From Octopus vulgaris (taxonomy: Eukaryota), in contig OX597831.1 of NCBI GenBank assembly GCA_951406725.2, positions 69,068,001-69,132,000 on the forward strand: 64,000 nt of DNA, given 5' to 3'. Below are positions 38,521 to 51,729 of the stretch, one piece after another (position 1 is the stretch's first letter; every line of letters begins with the position of its first letter). A model generated the notes under the pieces. The model searched no databases, was not told the DNA's origin, and worked only from the letters and a program-made list of their open reading frames with translations. The position numbers and the translations under genes were made by a program.

Positions 38521-39395
38521 CAGGAACCTAATTCAATAAAACTTTATTATTACTAAGAAATATTAGAATGTTTTCTCTTTCACTAATTCTAGAGAGAATG
38601 AGGGTATGTATTATATAAGTGTATGTGTATTTTTTATGTATATTTATGTGTGATTTAGGTATGATGTGAGGGCATGCATATGCTGTATCGTGCATGTATG
38701 TATAATAAGTTACAAATGAGTATTTTGCAAGTAATTAAGAATATACAGGTGAGTGAAGTTGAAGTTTTGGAAGTCCAGTAGACAGAGACACAGGACAATT
38801 TAATGACATCAAACTTTGCTATTGGCATCAAATTGTATTGCTTGTTATTTCTTCCATTGTTATCATATCCCACTGCTTCAGATTTAAACAATTTTCAGTT
38901 TTACTGAAGACCACGGAACAATGAATCCAAAGTGTTGACACCTGCTTCAAATATGTTTTTCACTACACTAGGTTTTCTTGCCGTATATTCAAATTTTGTC
39001 TCTTTTGTAAAAGCGGCAGCTGCTGCTGCCATTAGATTGTTAGTGCTTAGCATCTGATCACCTCTGATTGAACAGGTATATGACCAAAGGTATTCCAAGT
39101 GTAGCATTTCTATGTTTGTTTTTTCTTTTCTTTTCATACATAACATACCATGGACAACATTATCTATTGAAGGCGTGAAATTTGAAGGCGATCCTTGTCG
39201 CTATTTCTAGCTAATCAAACAGCTGCATAAGTGATGCCTTTTTACCAAGTTGAAACGAGTGTTGAAGAGACACAGAAGAGAATATGTTGTGGGAATAACA
39301 TAGAAAATAATTATTTGTTGTGTACAGTTGATTTCTTACATAATAATGACATTTATAATTACATTGTAATTAATTTCTTTTATTTTTTTCAACAG

Positions 39396-39437
39396 GGGGA
39401 TCTCCTACGTCCCCATTGAAAAGACAGATGAGACAAC
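39396..39437 (+). CDS. Candidate 42-nt exon of an unidentified host gene
   Basis: Long polypyrimidine tract TTTCTTTTATTTTTTTCAACAG and donor GTAAGT. Two open frames (GSPTSPLKRQMRQ or GISYVPIEKTDET). Length divisible by 3. Confidence 0.5.
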
Positions 39438-39899
39438 GTAAGTAAATTATTCATTTTATTCTCTTTGATTATTTATACTATACTTTTTCATTGCTGTTGT
39501 CATATAACTATCTTTTATAGAATAATAATACAGAATATATATTAAATTCAGTACAACTGATGTGGCCAAGCTGTTCTGACCATTTAAATACAATGTTTTA
39601 AGATATATAGTTTATTTGGAGATGAGGCACCCAAAGTCACCTTCAGGAATTTCTTAAAATGCAGCCTTTTCTGCGTGTTATTATATCTTCTGACTACATG
39701 GGTCAGCTGGCTACCAACCAAACCACTCAATTGAGATACATAAGAAGGAAAAACAGTGATCATCAGAAAATTTATAGGCATGCTTGTAAGAAAGAACTTT
39801 ATCCTCCACTATTTTTAATAATGACTCAATTAAGTTCATGTAAAGATTGATTAACTTGGTAAGCATTTGCAGGATTACAACTTGCTATTAAAGTAGATA

Positions 39900-40885
39900 G
39901 TAATCTTACCTTGTCCTTATTCTTAGTGCAAGTTTTCAAGAGTGCAGTTCGATTTTCACAGTTATTTTTTCAAAGCTATAGTGAAATAATAAAGGAGCTT
40001 ATTCAGCATATTTTGCTTTATGAGTTCAATAAAGGCAACAATGCAATGGAAAGTGTGAGGAATATTAATGCTGTATATGGGGTTTGGACAATGAGCATAA
40101 GCAAGTGTCAATGGTGGTTCCAGAAATTCCAAGCTGGAAACTACAGCTTAGAAGACAAGCCTCATCCTGGAAGGTCTTCAAACCCTGGTGGAACAAAATC
40201 CCATTTCAACTGTTGAGGAACTAACAAAGTAGCTTGTATTTGGTCATTCAACCATTCTTTGACACACCTGCATGCTATTGGAAAAGTCAGCAAATTGGGT
40301 CATTGGGTTCCTTTCCAAATTTTCTGAGTCTAATCACACGCAGAGAGTGAATGTATGCTGTTCTTTGCCATTACGTCTCATGAATGAACCTTTTTTGGAC
40401 CGAATAGTGACTGGTGACAAGAAATGGGTTCTCTATAAAAATGTCAAGCACTGAAGACAGTGGGTAGGGAAAGGAGAAACACTGGCACCTCAAGCTAAAG
40501 AAGGTCTTCACTCATGTAAGGTGTTGTTAGCTGTTTGGTGGGATATGAAAGGTTTAGTCCACTTTGAACTTTTAAACCTAAACCAAACAATAACAAAGGA
40601 TATCTACTGTGAGCAGCTTGACCTGCTTATGTCAGTGCTAGAAGAAAAATGACCATCTTTGGTTTCAAGATGAAAGGTGTTCTTCCATCAGGATAATGTT
40701 TGACCACATACGGCATGGATGACATTCCAAAGGCTGGAGCAGTTTGGATGGAAAACGATGCCCCAACCACCATATTCGCTGGACATTGCCCCATCTGATT
40801 ATCTTTTATTCCAGTTTTCAAAATCATTTAGATGGAAAAAATATGAATTCTGTAGATGAGGAGTATTTTTTGTCACAGACAATGC
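39900..40885 (+). mobile_element. Decayed mariner transposon
   Basis: HILLYEFNKGNNA, WFQKFQAGNYSLEDKPHPGR, FLDRIVTGDKKWVLY, HQDN and PPYSLDIAPSDY. Confidence 0.9.
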
Positions 40886-41551
40886 CTATTGCACATTTAT
40901 TTTTCTCTTTTGAAAAACCTTTCTTGATTTTACTCATTTTATGTCTGCCATTTCAGCAGGTTGTATCTCTCATTCAACACTATGTTTTATTTATTTACAT
41001 TTATCTCTTTTATATTTACCTTCCTTATATATTAACTAAAGACAACTGTTTAAAATGATGGTTATTTTTCCTTTCCAGTTGATAATAGTTTCTTAAAATC
41101 TTCATCTTAGAAAATATTTTATCATAGCATGGTTCCTGTATTCACACATCAGTACTATGTACCATCTCTCTTCTACTGGTGTCATATTCATATCCAGAGA
41201 AGGCATCACCAGGTTGATCTTGCTTTCTTCTGAGAGTTAAGTGCTGTTTAGATTGTATGACCAAATATATGCTCTCCAGTTGAGTGTTGTTTTTTAATAT
41301 ATAATAGCATGTATGTATTATTTACAGCTTCATTTGAAACAAAGCTATCCAACTTATGACTCATACTTCATTAAAAAGAACAATAAATGTAACTCCTCAA
41401 CATTTCAATGGAATCATTCATTGCAAATAAGCTTTTCCCAAAACCCTTTGCTTAACTCCTACACCAAACATTAAGTAAAGATCCTTAGTATAAGATTCAA
41501 TAATCTGTGAAATTAACTTCACTGCAATTTTATTTCAACTTCTTTTGTGTG

Positions 41552-41935
41552 ATGGAAGCACTCCGTCGGTTACGACGATGAGGGTTCTGGTTGATCCGAA
41601 TCAATGGAACAGCCTGCTCGTGAAATTAACGTGTAAGTGGCTGAGTACTCCACAGACATGTGTACCCTTAACGTAGTTCTCGGGGATATTCAGCGTGACA
41701 CAGAGAGTGACAAGGCTAGCCCTTTGAAATACAGGTACAACAGAAACAGGAAGTAAGAGTGAGAGAAAGTTGTGGTGAGAGAGTACAGCAGGGATCACCA
41801 CCATCCCCCGCTGGAGCCTCGTGGAGCTTTAGGTGTTTTCATTCAATAAACACTCACAACGCCCGGTCTGGGAATCAAAACCGCGATCCTATGACTGCGA
41901 GTCCGCTGCCCTAACCACTGGGCCATTGTGCCTCC
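41552..41935 (-). mobile_element. tRNA-derived SINE family D, full-length with 14-bp TSD
   Basis: Minus-strand head GGAGGCACAATGGCCCAGTGGTTAGGGCAGCGGACTCGCAG...GGTTTTGATTCCC. TSD ACTTCTTTTGTGTG at 41538-41551 and 41936-41949. Confidence 0.9.
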
Positions 41936-42290
41936 ACTTCTTTTGTGTGCAAATCCAACAGATGACCTCATGACTTTGACACATCACTCACTCGGCCTCC
42001 ATATTCAACAAGAGTCACCATCCTTTATATATGAACCATGCTCTTTTGTTTCAAAAACAGTTCTGTATCAGCCAATATATTGTCTCCTGTAGTTGTAGAT
42101 CTAATGGATGATATATAAAATATTTTGATCGTTCAACTTTGTTATGTTAGTTGGTAAAATGTTCCTGTTATCTTTCATTTTCAAAGCATTAAAGAAACAT
42201 TTTTATGTTTGTGTATATTTACTTTTGGAGTATATATTTGATATATTTTACATACACATATATCTAATATACATAATGTATATGATTATG

Positions 42291-42354
<64 letters not shown>

Positions 42355-42355
42355 C

Positions 42356-42996
42356 AAAATAAGCAACAGGGATATCCAAAGGTAGTGTAGTACAATTGTT
42401 TCATGCTACTTCATTTAATTTAAACAATGTAAGTATTACATCAGTTTTAAAATGTAGAGCACTTTTCAGCCACATATGGAATTTTTAAAAATTTAATTTG
42501 AGAATGTTCATTTTTATACTTATTCCATTTGCCACCATTACAAAGAGGGTAGGTATATAGACAGAGAGGTGAATTTCATCAGTAAGAACATGGTAGTAGA
42601 AGATCTTTCCTCATGGGCAGATTTTATATCACTGAGTTCACTTAGTTATTCAGATTTACCAATGGGAAGGGGGTTTTCTTTTAAGTTCAGTGGAGACAAT
42701 CAAGAATTTTTCTATTTATAGATAGAGGAAGGGGCAGTTTAAATGGCAAAGCCATAAATCCAACCCTTTTATGAGGAATTTAACTTTGGTACATTTGAAT
42801 GCATTTTAGCTATAGTTAGTAGGCTGAAGCTAGTGGGGTAGGGAGAATAGGGACTTCTAATGACACTTAACCATTTAACAGCCATAATCCTACTTGTGAT
42901 TTTAAACAAATATCTTTTAGATAGTTTTTTCCAAAGGATTCTAATAAATTTTAGTATTTTATATAGGGACAGGGAGTATATAAATCATTTCATATT

Positions 42997-43000
<4 letters not shown>
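42356..43000 (-). mobile_element. Possible very decayed PLE 3' end between (TA)n tracts
   Basis: Minus-strand remnants resemble C..C..EKFLI...CPHE.K, plus a hammerhead-like 3' half GAAACAATTGTA. Confidence 0.3.
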
Positions 43001-43072
<72 letters not shown>

Positions 43073-43139
43073 CAGTAAATCATAAATCCAAAACAGAAGC
43101 ACTTTCTAAATCATAGGGCAGCAGAGTATTTAGAGAATG

Positions 43140-43565
43140 TTAGTTATGGCCAGTTCATAGGGTTACTCAGGGTTTCGAGTCCTTAAAGTGCTTGGTGTTA
43201 CATATGTCTCATCAGACCAAGGCCTTGTGGTTAGCTATTGAACACACACAGAAGGATCAAGTGCAAGGAATTGTCTCCCTTCGACTACTATTAGGAATCC
43301 ACCCAGTCAGTTTGCAGGTTCCAGGATTTCAGTAGGAATCACTTGAGGTGTGAGCAGGGGCTGATAGCAGTCTAAGAGAGACAATTCCTTGTGCTTGACC
43401 TTTCTTCCTTTTATGTTCAGTAACTAGCCATGAGACCTTCTCTCCCTCCACTTTAAAGAGAAATTATAGGCCACTGGCCATTAGGATCTGACGTGATGTA
43501 TGTAAAGCCAAGCACTTTATAGATGTTAAACCCTGGGTAACCCTATGAACCAACCATCACTATCT
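43140..43565. mobile_element. Imperfect fold-back element with a hammerhead motif (43161-43218, minus)
   Basis: GTTCATAGGGTTACTCAGGGTTT pairs with AAACCCTGGGTAACCCTATGAAC, and TCAAGTGCAAGGAATTGTCTC pairs with GAGACAATTCCTTGTGCTTGA. The minus strand reads GGT-CTGATGA...GAAA-CCCTGAG-TA-ACC. Confidence 0.6.
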
Positions 43566-44049
43566 TTATATAAATATATATATATATATATAAAAATATG
43601 GGTGGTTAATTTGCAATTTTACAACCTAAAGGCAAAAATATATTCGTCACTTAAGTGAACAAGGGCAGTAATCAGCACCAGTATTGCTAAAAACAAGAAT
43701 CAAAGCAACTCAAGAGTTAAAAAGAGCGTATCTTAATGAACTGCCAAGGGAGGCAAGCTCCCTATGGTCGAAGATACAGCCAGATCATCAAGGATTTCAT
43801 GTTCTGATACTCAATGCACCTTAATGCACATCAGTAGCTCTCACTGTGCCTAGGGTTAAATTCATCTTGCTTTGTCAGCTTATAAGGTTTTTGTTGAGAT
43901 TAAACACTAATTTCAAAAATAGTAATAGTGAAAATTATAAATAATATGGGTGTGTATTTCGTAATTTTACAGCATAAAGGCAAAAATATATGTGAGCAGG
44001 GGCACTAATCAGCACCAGTATTGCTATAAACAATAACAAACAGATAAGC

Positions 44050-44320
44050 CTCACCTGGCCCCCGTGCCGGTGGCATGTAAAAAAGCACCATCCGTTCGTG
44101 GCTGTTTGCCAGCTCCGTCTGGCACCTGTGTGGGTGGCACGTAAAAAGCACCCACACTCTCACGGAGTGGTTGGCGTTAGGAAGAGCATCCAGCCATAGA
44201 AACACTGCCAGATCAGACTGGGCCTGATGCAGCCTTCTGGCTTCACAGACCCCAGTTGAACCGTCCAACCCATGCTAGCATGGAAAGCGGATGCGAAATG
44301 ATGATGATGAGGATGATGAT
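44050..44320 (+). mobile_element. SINE-like family C
   Basis: Ends CATGCTAGCATGGAAAGCGGATGCGAAAT(GAT)n. Confidence 0.85.
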
Positions 44321-44384
44321 AGATTGTGGTTCACTACAGCTGTTTCAGATGCGTTTTTTTATTGATGAACAGAAGTGCTTCATT

Positions 44385-44527
44385 GTGTGTGTGTGTGTGT
44401 GAGCATTTGTGTCAGTGTTTGTGCCCCCATCACCACTTGACAACTGGGTTTTGGTGTGTTTACATTCCTGTAACTTAGCGGTTAGACAAAAAAAAAAAAA
44501 CCCTGATAGAATAAGTACTAGGCTTAA
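44385..44527 (+). mobile_element. SINE family A, 3' half fragment
   Basis: CACCACTTGACAAC...GTAACTTAGCGGTT...GATAGAATAAGTACTAGGCTT. Confidence 0.7.
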
Positions 44528-44837
44528 CCAAAAATTTTTTGAATTATAATATCCATTAGCAGTTCCATTGTTGAAGTATCAAGGAAATTCTAACGTAAAA
44601 GACAACAGAAGTTACTAGTTTCATCTTTGAAGAGAAAGTGAAATAGATATGAGTCCTCAAAGAGTACAGGACAGTGCAAAGGAAGAACAAGTGCACGAGG
44701 CTTGATGGTACAGTTAGTATGTATATAACATTGGACTTAAGGGAATGTATGTACATACATGTGCAAAGACATACATACACATACACACATACATACACAG
44801 ACATTTATTCATATAAACCCACATATACATATACACA

Positions 44838-45150
44838 GAGGCTCACCAATGGAGAAGTTCTTAAGCAGATCAGGTCGAAAATGTTGCTAGAAGCTAGGAT
44901 CACCAAGCATAGATTGGCATATTTTGGTCATATTATGCGGAGAAAATCCCTGGAGGACATCATGCTCGGAATGGTCAGTGGCAAGAGAGGAAGAGGCCGA
45001 CCAAGAACCCGCTGGCTTGACACCATCAAGGGTGATACCGGAATGGACATAGCCAATTTGAAAGAAGCGGCCCAGGATAGAACTGACTGGAGGATGCTGA
45101 TCCAACGAGTGACCGAGAGTCGACTTCGACTGAGCGGATAGATAGATAGA
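44838..45150 (+). mobile_element. RTE LINE extreme 3' fragment
   Basis: RLAYFGHIMRR, GKRGRGRPRTRWLDTI and AAQDRTDWR, followed by a (GATA)n tail. Confidence 0.9.
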
Positions 45151-45383
45151 CTCAGGGAGTAACTATGAGTCTACTGCATCTTATAGGGGAAATAGCTGTA
45201 AGTTAATGAAGTTCATAAGATAATCATTTATTGTTTCGTCATCTCTTTCCTGATATAGATGCATGTATGTGTATGTGTGTGCTTGTGTGTGTATATATAA
45301 TGTAAGGTGATATATTTGAATAAATATTTGTAGCTTTTACATTATTCTATTATTTAAACAAAGGCAATATTTCCCGCTTTATA

Positions 45384-45596
45384 AGGCAGCAAGCTGGCAG
45401 AAATGTTAGCATGCCAGGTGAAATACTTTGCAGTATTTTGTCTGTCTTTGTGTTCTGAGTTCAAATAGACTTTGCTTTTCATCCTTTCCGGGTTGATAAA
45501 TTAAGTACCAGTTGCGTACTGGGGTCGATCTAGTCGATTGGCACCCCCCCACCCCCCAAAAAAATTTCAGGCCTTGTGCCTAGAGTAGAAAAGAAC
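45384..45596 (+). mobile_element. SINE family B
   Basis: GGCAGCAAGCTGGCAGAAATGTTAGC head, core, and CCTTGTGCCTAGAGTAGAAAAGAA tail. Confidence 0.85.
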
Positions 45597-46008
45597 ATTT
45601 CCTGCTTTATTTGTTATTGTGAAGAGAAAGAAGTGATGAAGAGTTGTCTGGAATAGTTAGTAGGGAGGAATAGAAAAGGGTGGGTTAGTAGGATTATCTC
45701 ATAAACCTTGGAGCAAAGTAATATTCTGAATTTTAAGCCTAGACTAAATTTGATAGAAATCATTATTAAAAATTAATCAATAAATTTATCTTCAGGAAAA
45801 TTATCATTTTAGAGTTTCTTTTAATGTTGTTTACGTTTTAGTAACTTATTTCATGATGTCTATAAAGCAGTGTTGGTGGGAATATTGACAGAGACGGGCT
45901 GGGGATGATGTCACTCAATATTTAGTCTTGTTTTAATTTTGAGGATTTTTTTTTTTTGCACTATCTTAACTGTTTTCTGTGTCTGTTAATTCTGAGAGAC
46001 TGGTTACA

Positions 46009-46406
46009 ACTCTTTTACTCTTTTACTTGTTTCAGTCAGTTGACTGTGGCCATGCTGGAGCACTGCCTTTAGTCGAGCAACTCGACCCCGGGACTTATTC
46101 TTTGTAAGCCCAGTATTTATTCTATCGGTCTCTTTTGCCGAACCGCTAAGTAACGGGGACATAAACACACCAGCATCGGTTGTCAAGCAATGCTAGGGGG
46201 ACAAACACAGACACACAAACATATACACATACGTACATATATACGACGGGCTTCTTTCAGTTTCCGTCTACCAAATCCACTCACAAGGCTTTGGTCGGCC
46301 CGGGGCTATAGTAGAAGACACTTGCCCAAGGTGCCACGCAGTGGGACTGAACCCGGAACCATGTGGTTGGTAAACCAGCTACTTACCACACAGCCACTCC
46401 TGCACC
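46009..46406 (-). mobile_element. SINE family A, full-length
   Basis: Near-identical reverse complement of 36825-37256. Confidence 0.9.
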
Positions 46407-48149
46407 TTCCATATTTATTCTGAATATCAGCCTTTACTTACTGGGACATATGTGAGCTTACCTGTACTTACTGGAATCCGTACAAGGATATCTGTGTGTG
46501 TGTACCTACTGAGATGTATGTACATTTCTTTGGGTTTTTTTTTTTTTTTTGGACATATGTGTATATGTAGTAATTTATGTGTGAAATTATTAAAAAGTAT
46601 GATACAAAAAAGATTCTTTGTATTATGGGTTCCTGATAATGAGCATTTGTAGAAGGCAAAAATTGCATGATGTATTGAATCCCTGTATGGTCAATTATCT
46701 GGACGAAAATTACTGTGCAAGGGACGGATCTCTTATTGTAATTATACTAAATATATTATTTTAAGAAAGAAGAGAAGAAAGGAAATCATAAAGAAAATGT
46801 GTTCTATTAGGATCTAATGTATTTCTTTGATGTTCAGCTCAGAAACTAGTTTAGGTGTCCTTTTTTAGTATTTAAGGGAGTAAGCTTACATGTGAAAACA
46901 GAGAAATTAATTTTGTGTTTGCTCAATATTTTGATTCCAAGCTTCAAATCTGAGAGTCTTTCTAGGGTACCAGATGGTATTTATTACTTTTTAAGATAGG
47001 ACCCTACACACAAGAGTCTCCATTCAACACTATGGATTATATTATTATTTTTCAAACATCAGATGCTTTGCTAGACTGTGTCCCTGTCTTCCTTTAAGTC
47101 ATCTAAACGTGTGATTATGCTGATAGAGTAGGTTTGGAAATCATTTAGCAGTCATTCCTATACTGTTAATTTTGCTTTGATTATTTTTTCTAGCTCCAGG
47201 TCAGTGAAAGACAAGAAGATTTATAATCAAAAGCAGGTCTGCCTTATCAACTCTGTTTTTCCTGTCTGTAGGGAATCCTTTTTTAAGATTGTAGGATGTG
47301 ATATGGAGGAAAATTGGTTGCTGCTTCTAGCAGATTGAGAAAACTTTAGAGGCTGCCCTTTTGACTTTATACTGTTTGGATTAGGTAAAAAGTGATAGCG
47401 ATTACGTATGTATAGATTTTTAAGAGCACATGCTCTTGACTGGACATAATTTATTGTAGCAATTGCATTTCCAAGTTCTGATGTTGACTGGATTTTGGTG
47501 GTTCAAATTATTCTTTATTTTCTAATTAAACTAAGTAACACGTTTTGTTTATCACAATTTATTTGTTTATTAATTTCTATCTACCAGTGATATTTTTGGA
47601 AACAATTTTAGTTTAATATTTAGTCTTTGTATAATGTAACCATAATGTTGAATTCGTTTTCGATAAATATGCTTTAGAAAGGAAACTATGACTATGCTTT
47701 AAACTCCTTAATCACAAATGTCTATAAAAAGAAGGCACTCACGATATAAGTGGAGGTAAAATACAGAATATAGGTATCATCTCTGTCAATACTAATAGCT
47801 TATGCATGTGGTAGCAAAAATATAATCAGGAATCAATCATTATACAGTATTTTCATATTCAAAAGCAATATCATAGCAAGGTAAAAGAAAAGAAATCAGC
47901 TTTATGTTTAATTTACACAAATATTTTGAAATGAATGTATTTAACAGGTAAATTAGTTGACAAACCTGTAATTTTATGTTAAATATGCTCAAAAAGTTTC
48001 TAAATAATTGTATTTAACAAATAAAGCCATTAACACAAATTTTATTTTTATTTTGCACATAGTTTAAAGATACAGGTATTTAACAAAGAAAATAAATGCT
48101 GAACTCAAAGTATTGAACAGTTTAAAAATGAAAATTAAGTATTTTGACG

Positions 48150-49380
48150 ACTAAACTATTCTGAATGTCTTCATTTTTTGAAATTAACACAATGCCAACA
48201 TTCCACTAGCCTTGGCTCCTACTTTCCATTGTTGCAATATCTTGGTGAAATGTTTCACTGTGCTCCTTAAGTTTTAACAGCAAAATAAAAACACAAATAC
48301 AAGAAATGCACTTCTAAAGATTTATAACTGTCCATATTCATATAGTTTGCAATTATTAATAACCTTTTCCATAGGATTTCTGTAGTCAGTATCTTAGGGA
48401 TTTTCTAGAAATCCATAACCTATATTACAAAATGCATACAATGCTTCCCTTTCAACTTCAGTCATCTTTCTTTCAAATGATTTTTATCTGATATCAACAT
48501 TGCACTTACTTAAGGGCCATCAAGTAGATCACCCTTGTTTTTGGTTCTTTTCAACCAAAGAAATTTGGAAATATAAGGCAGATTTCTTGAAAAGCCCCAC
48601 CTTCAAAACCTAAGGTTTTTACAAACTACTTTATGAAACCCAATTTTATATGAAATGGAGGTAACAAAATATTTCTAGGCTCTATAGAAGACCATATACC
48701 AGCATTTAATTTTCTTGGTGGTAATTTCTACCATCAGAATTATTTAATGTTCCAATTAATGATCACTAATAATTCTGCTGTCTCATAAAAATGAAACACA
48801 AATGTTTTATATATCAGGATTATATATTTGTTGAAAATAGAGTGAATTCAATGTTGAAGTCAGAAAAAGTTGAGCTGCCTGTGAACAGTCACCCTCCCAT
48901 GGGGTCAGGTTTCAGTCCAACTGCAGCAGACACACCCTTCAGGTTTCTACTAACATCAATGTAAATTGTAAATTTTTGCATGCCTTTTCTGGGACTCCGT
49001 AGTCCTGCAATCTACCCTTACTGAATTCTATTCTTTTAGCTGAGAAACTGAAGAGATTCATTTCCTTTAACCTTCATGTACGTTAAAACATGAAACATTC
49101 AGAAACAGCCATGGCCACAGTGGTGATCTTTCTGTTCTTTCTATCTTTTAGGAATAGCAAAGGACATAACCCTGGTAATCCATAATCACTCTCCTAGATT
49201 AGATCAACAGCTTCCACATTTTACTTGTGAGGCCTAAAGCTTGTCTTGATCATAAGTAGCCATTTCCAAACTATTGTCTGTATGCTATCCAGAAGTTCAC
49301 AACTTTTACAACTTTATGTGATATCTGTTTGGTTTCAATATAATATTCACAAAAATTTCAGACTATGTTAAGCAAAACTG
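48150..49380 (-). pseudogene. Decayed Chapaev3-like (CMC superfamily) transposase
   Basis: Minus-strand remnants in the expected order: DQDK, SFAIP..KEQKDHH, LLPPFHIKLGFIK*FVK, EHSETFHQDIATMESR. The family assignment is from recalled motifs. Confidence 0.6.
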
Positions 49381-50085
49381 CATCCGCTACTTCCCATATT
49401 TACATTTCAAAAATTTTTTAAAAAATAAATAAATAAAACTGTAGCATGAAAATATGATTTTAGAAATGTAGATGAAAAGGTTATCCATCGCAGTGTAAGT
49501 AACTATCCAGAAAAATAAAATTTAGAATTATAAGAGCAGATCTATAACAGTTGATGATAGAAAAACAAAACTGAGAACATTTTTTAGAATGAACACTCTA
49601 AATATAGAAATAGATGTTGAAAATAATTATGAGAAACAAAAGTATTTGGAAAATTTTTTAATGTAGTCTTAGATGCAAGGAAGCTGGTGAAGTGTATAAG
49701 TCTTGAGCAGCTATTTTAAATGAGTTTGAGATAAAAATATTCCCCTACTTATAACCAGGAAAAAGTAGCATCTTACAAGACTGAGAGAGGCTTTGCGTAT
49801 TGGTGTGCTTATAATTATAGTGTAATGGAATGTACCACACAGACCTCCTTTTGTATGTCTCCCTTATTTGGTTGTAGATGTGTTTGCAATGTTTGATAGT
49901 TTATTAAAAACTGTTCATAACCTTGCTGCAATGATTATAATTTGTACCTTCATCTCATTGTAGGAGACTGAAACCAATAATATGCATTTTCACAGGGAAA
50001 TATAATTGCTTTGAAGTTAGTGGTGTTGCAGCTATATATATATATATATATATATATTTACATACATGCTTACACACACATGCAC

Positions 50086-50139
<54 letters not shown>

Positions 50140-51729
50140 ACACACACACATGCACACATACCAGGTAGAGAAAAATATTTTATGTATTTCAAGTTTTTGC
50201 ACATAGAAAGCGTTTATTCATCATAATATAATATATCTCATCATATTTAATTGTCCTTTAACATCATTTTCCCAGAAACTCAATTCCATGCTTATATAAT
50301 TTGGCTGGTTTTGAAGCAAAAAAATTCCTGCTCTTGTTTTCAACCTTATCCTCTTTACTACTCATTATCAAAGCTGCAAAGTAAAAAATAAACAGTTAAT
50401 GTTATATATGAAAATAAAGAATAAACAGTTCAGTAACAATTGCACTAGTTGTATCAAATTAATGATATAACATAGAGATACAAGTTGCCAAAAATCATAA
50501 GTGAAAATCCCCAAAACTTTTGTCTCAACCTGGTATACACAAAACATATTTTCAAAAAAATGAAATATATAGCAAGACCCACAAATAATAGATAAGTTGT
50601 GGAGATACTATATGTAGATATTTCAGAATAAACTGAATCCATGCTATTTTCTATTTTTGTTTAGTTTATTATATATTTTTAGCTCAATCTTTTTTTCATT
50701 AAACTTTCCATTTATTGTTGAATCAATGTACAGTTCATTTCTTTATTATCTCTTTTATTTCTTACAAATCTGAAATGTTCTCTAAGCTACAGATATTACA
50801 TTTTTATCAATCTGTGAAAACTAACACTCTTCATGCAGCATGTACACTTCTTACTTTTAAATTCCTTTTTTCTCTCTCAATAATTACGCTATCAAATTAT
50901 ATACCATCTATATCACATATTTATCACAGTAAAATAATATCTATTTTGCAACAGAATGGACTCCATTAATGCTGTTTACTATTCTTACAGCCATAACTTC
51001 AAAAGAATTATATTTCACTGCAAAAAGTGCACTATTGATTTCATCGTTTATTAATATCAGTTTTTCAAAGGAACACGAGCACAAATTATGTATATAGAGG
51101 ACATATATGCAATTAAATCTACTCTAATGCATGGAACTTATTTATTTGAATCAGAAGGGTAAAGGATAAAGTTAACTTTGGTGTGATTGAGCTCTGCTAA
51201 TTAAATTAATGACATAAGTACAAAGCCACATCAATTTAACGGAGTGTGCAGAGTCAATTAAATTGATTACCAAAACTTGGATGGTACTTATTTAATCAGC
51301 TAAAGAAGATGAACTGGAAAATCAATCGCAGCTTGCTTTAAATCCAGAAAGATAGGGGATATGATGTTTTTAATGTTTAATCAGGATGACAAGCTGTGCC
51401 AAATGACCTTTATAGATTCGTTGAGACTGTTATGATTGGTGTGGCTTATATTCAGCTTCAACATCTCTCAGTCCACTTATGAAGGGAAAATATGGGAAGG
51501 AAAGAAATTCCAGAGAATGATATTCTAGAATGGAAGGGTTGGTTAAAAGCAATGTGGGCAGAGAAACAGGTGGGATTTTTAGGTGGAGGCACAATGCAGC
51601 ATACCAATTTAGACTTGCAAATTCAATGGTGAAATGAGAAAATAAACGAAAAGAGGAAACAGTATACCTATGTGCCAGAAGTTGTAGTGTTGAGAACAAA
51701 TAAAGGTTGATTTCTTCTTTATATGAATG

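Noticed and set aside
38901-39146. Minus-strand ORF with a poly-Ala stretch
   Set aside because: No recognisable domain and weak splice signals. It cannot be supported without expression data.
46434-46471. Three clustered minus-strand GTAAG donor-like sites
   Set aside because: No matching acceptor or credible exon upstream on that strand.
51490-51690. CR1-like 3' remnant
   Set aside because: The similarity is too faint to call by eye.
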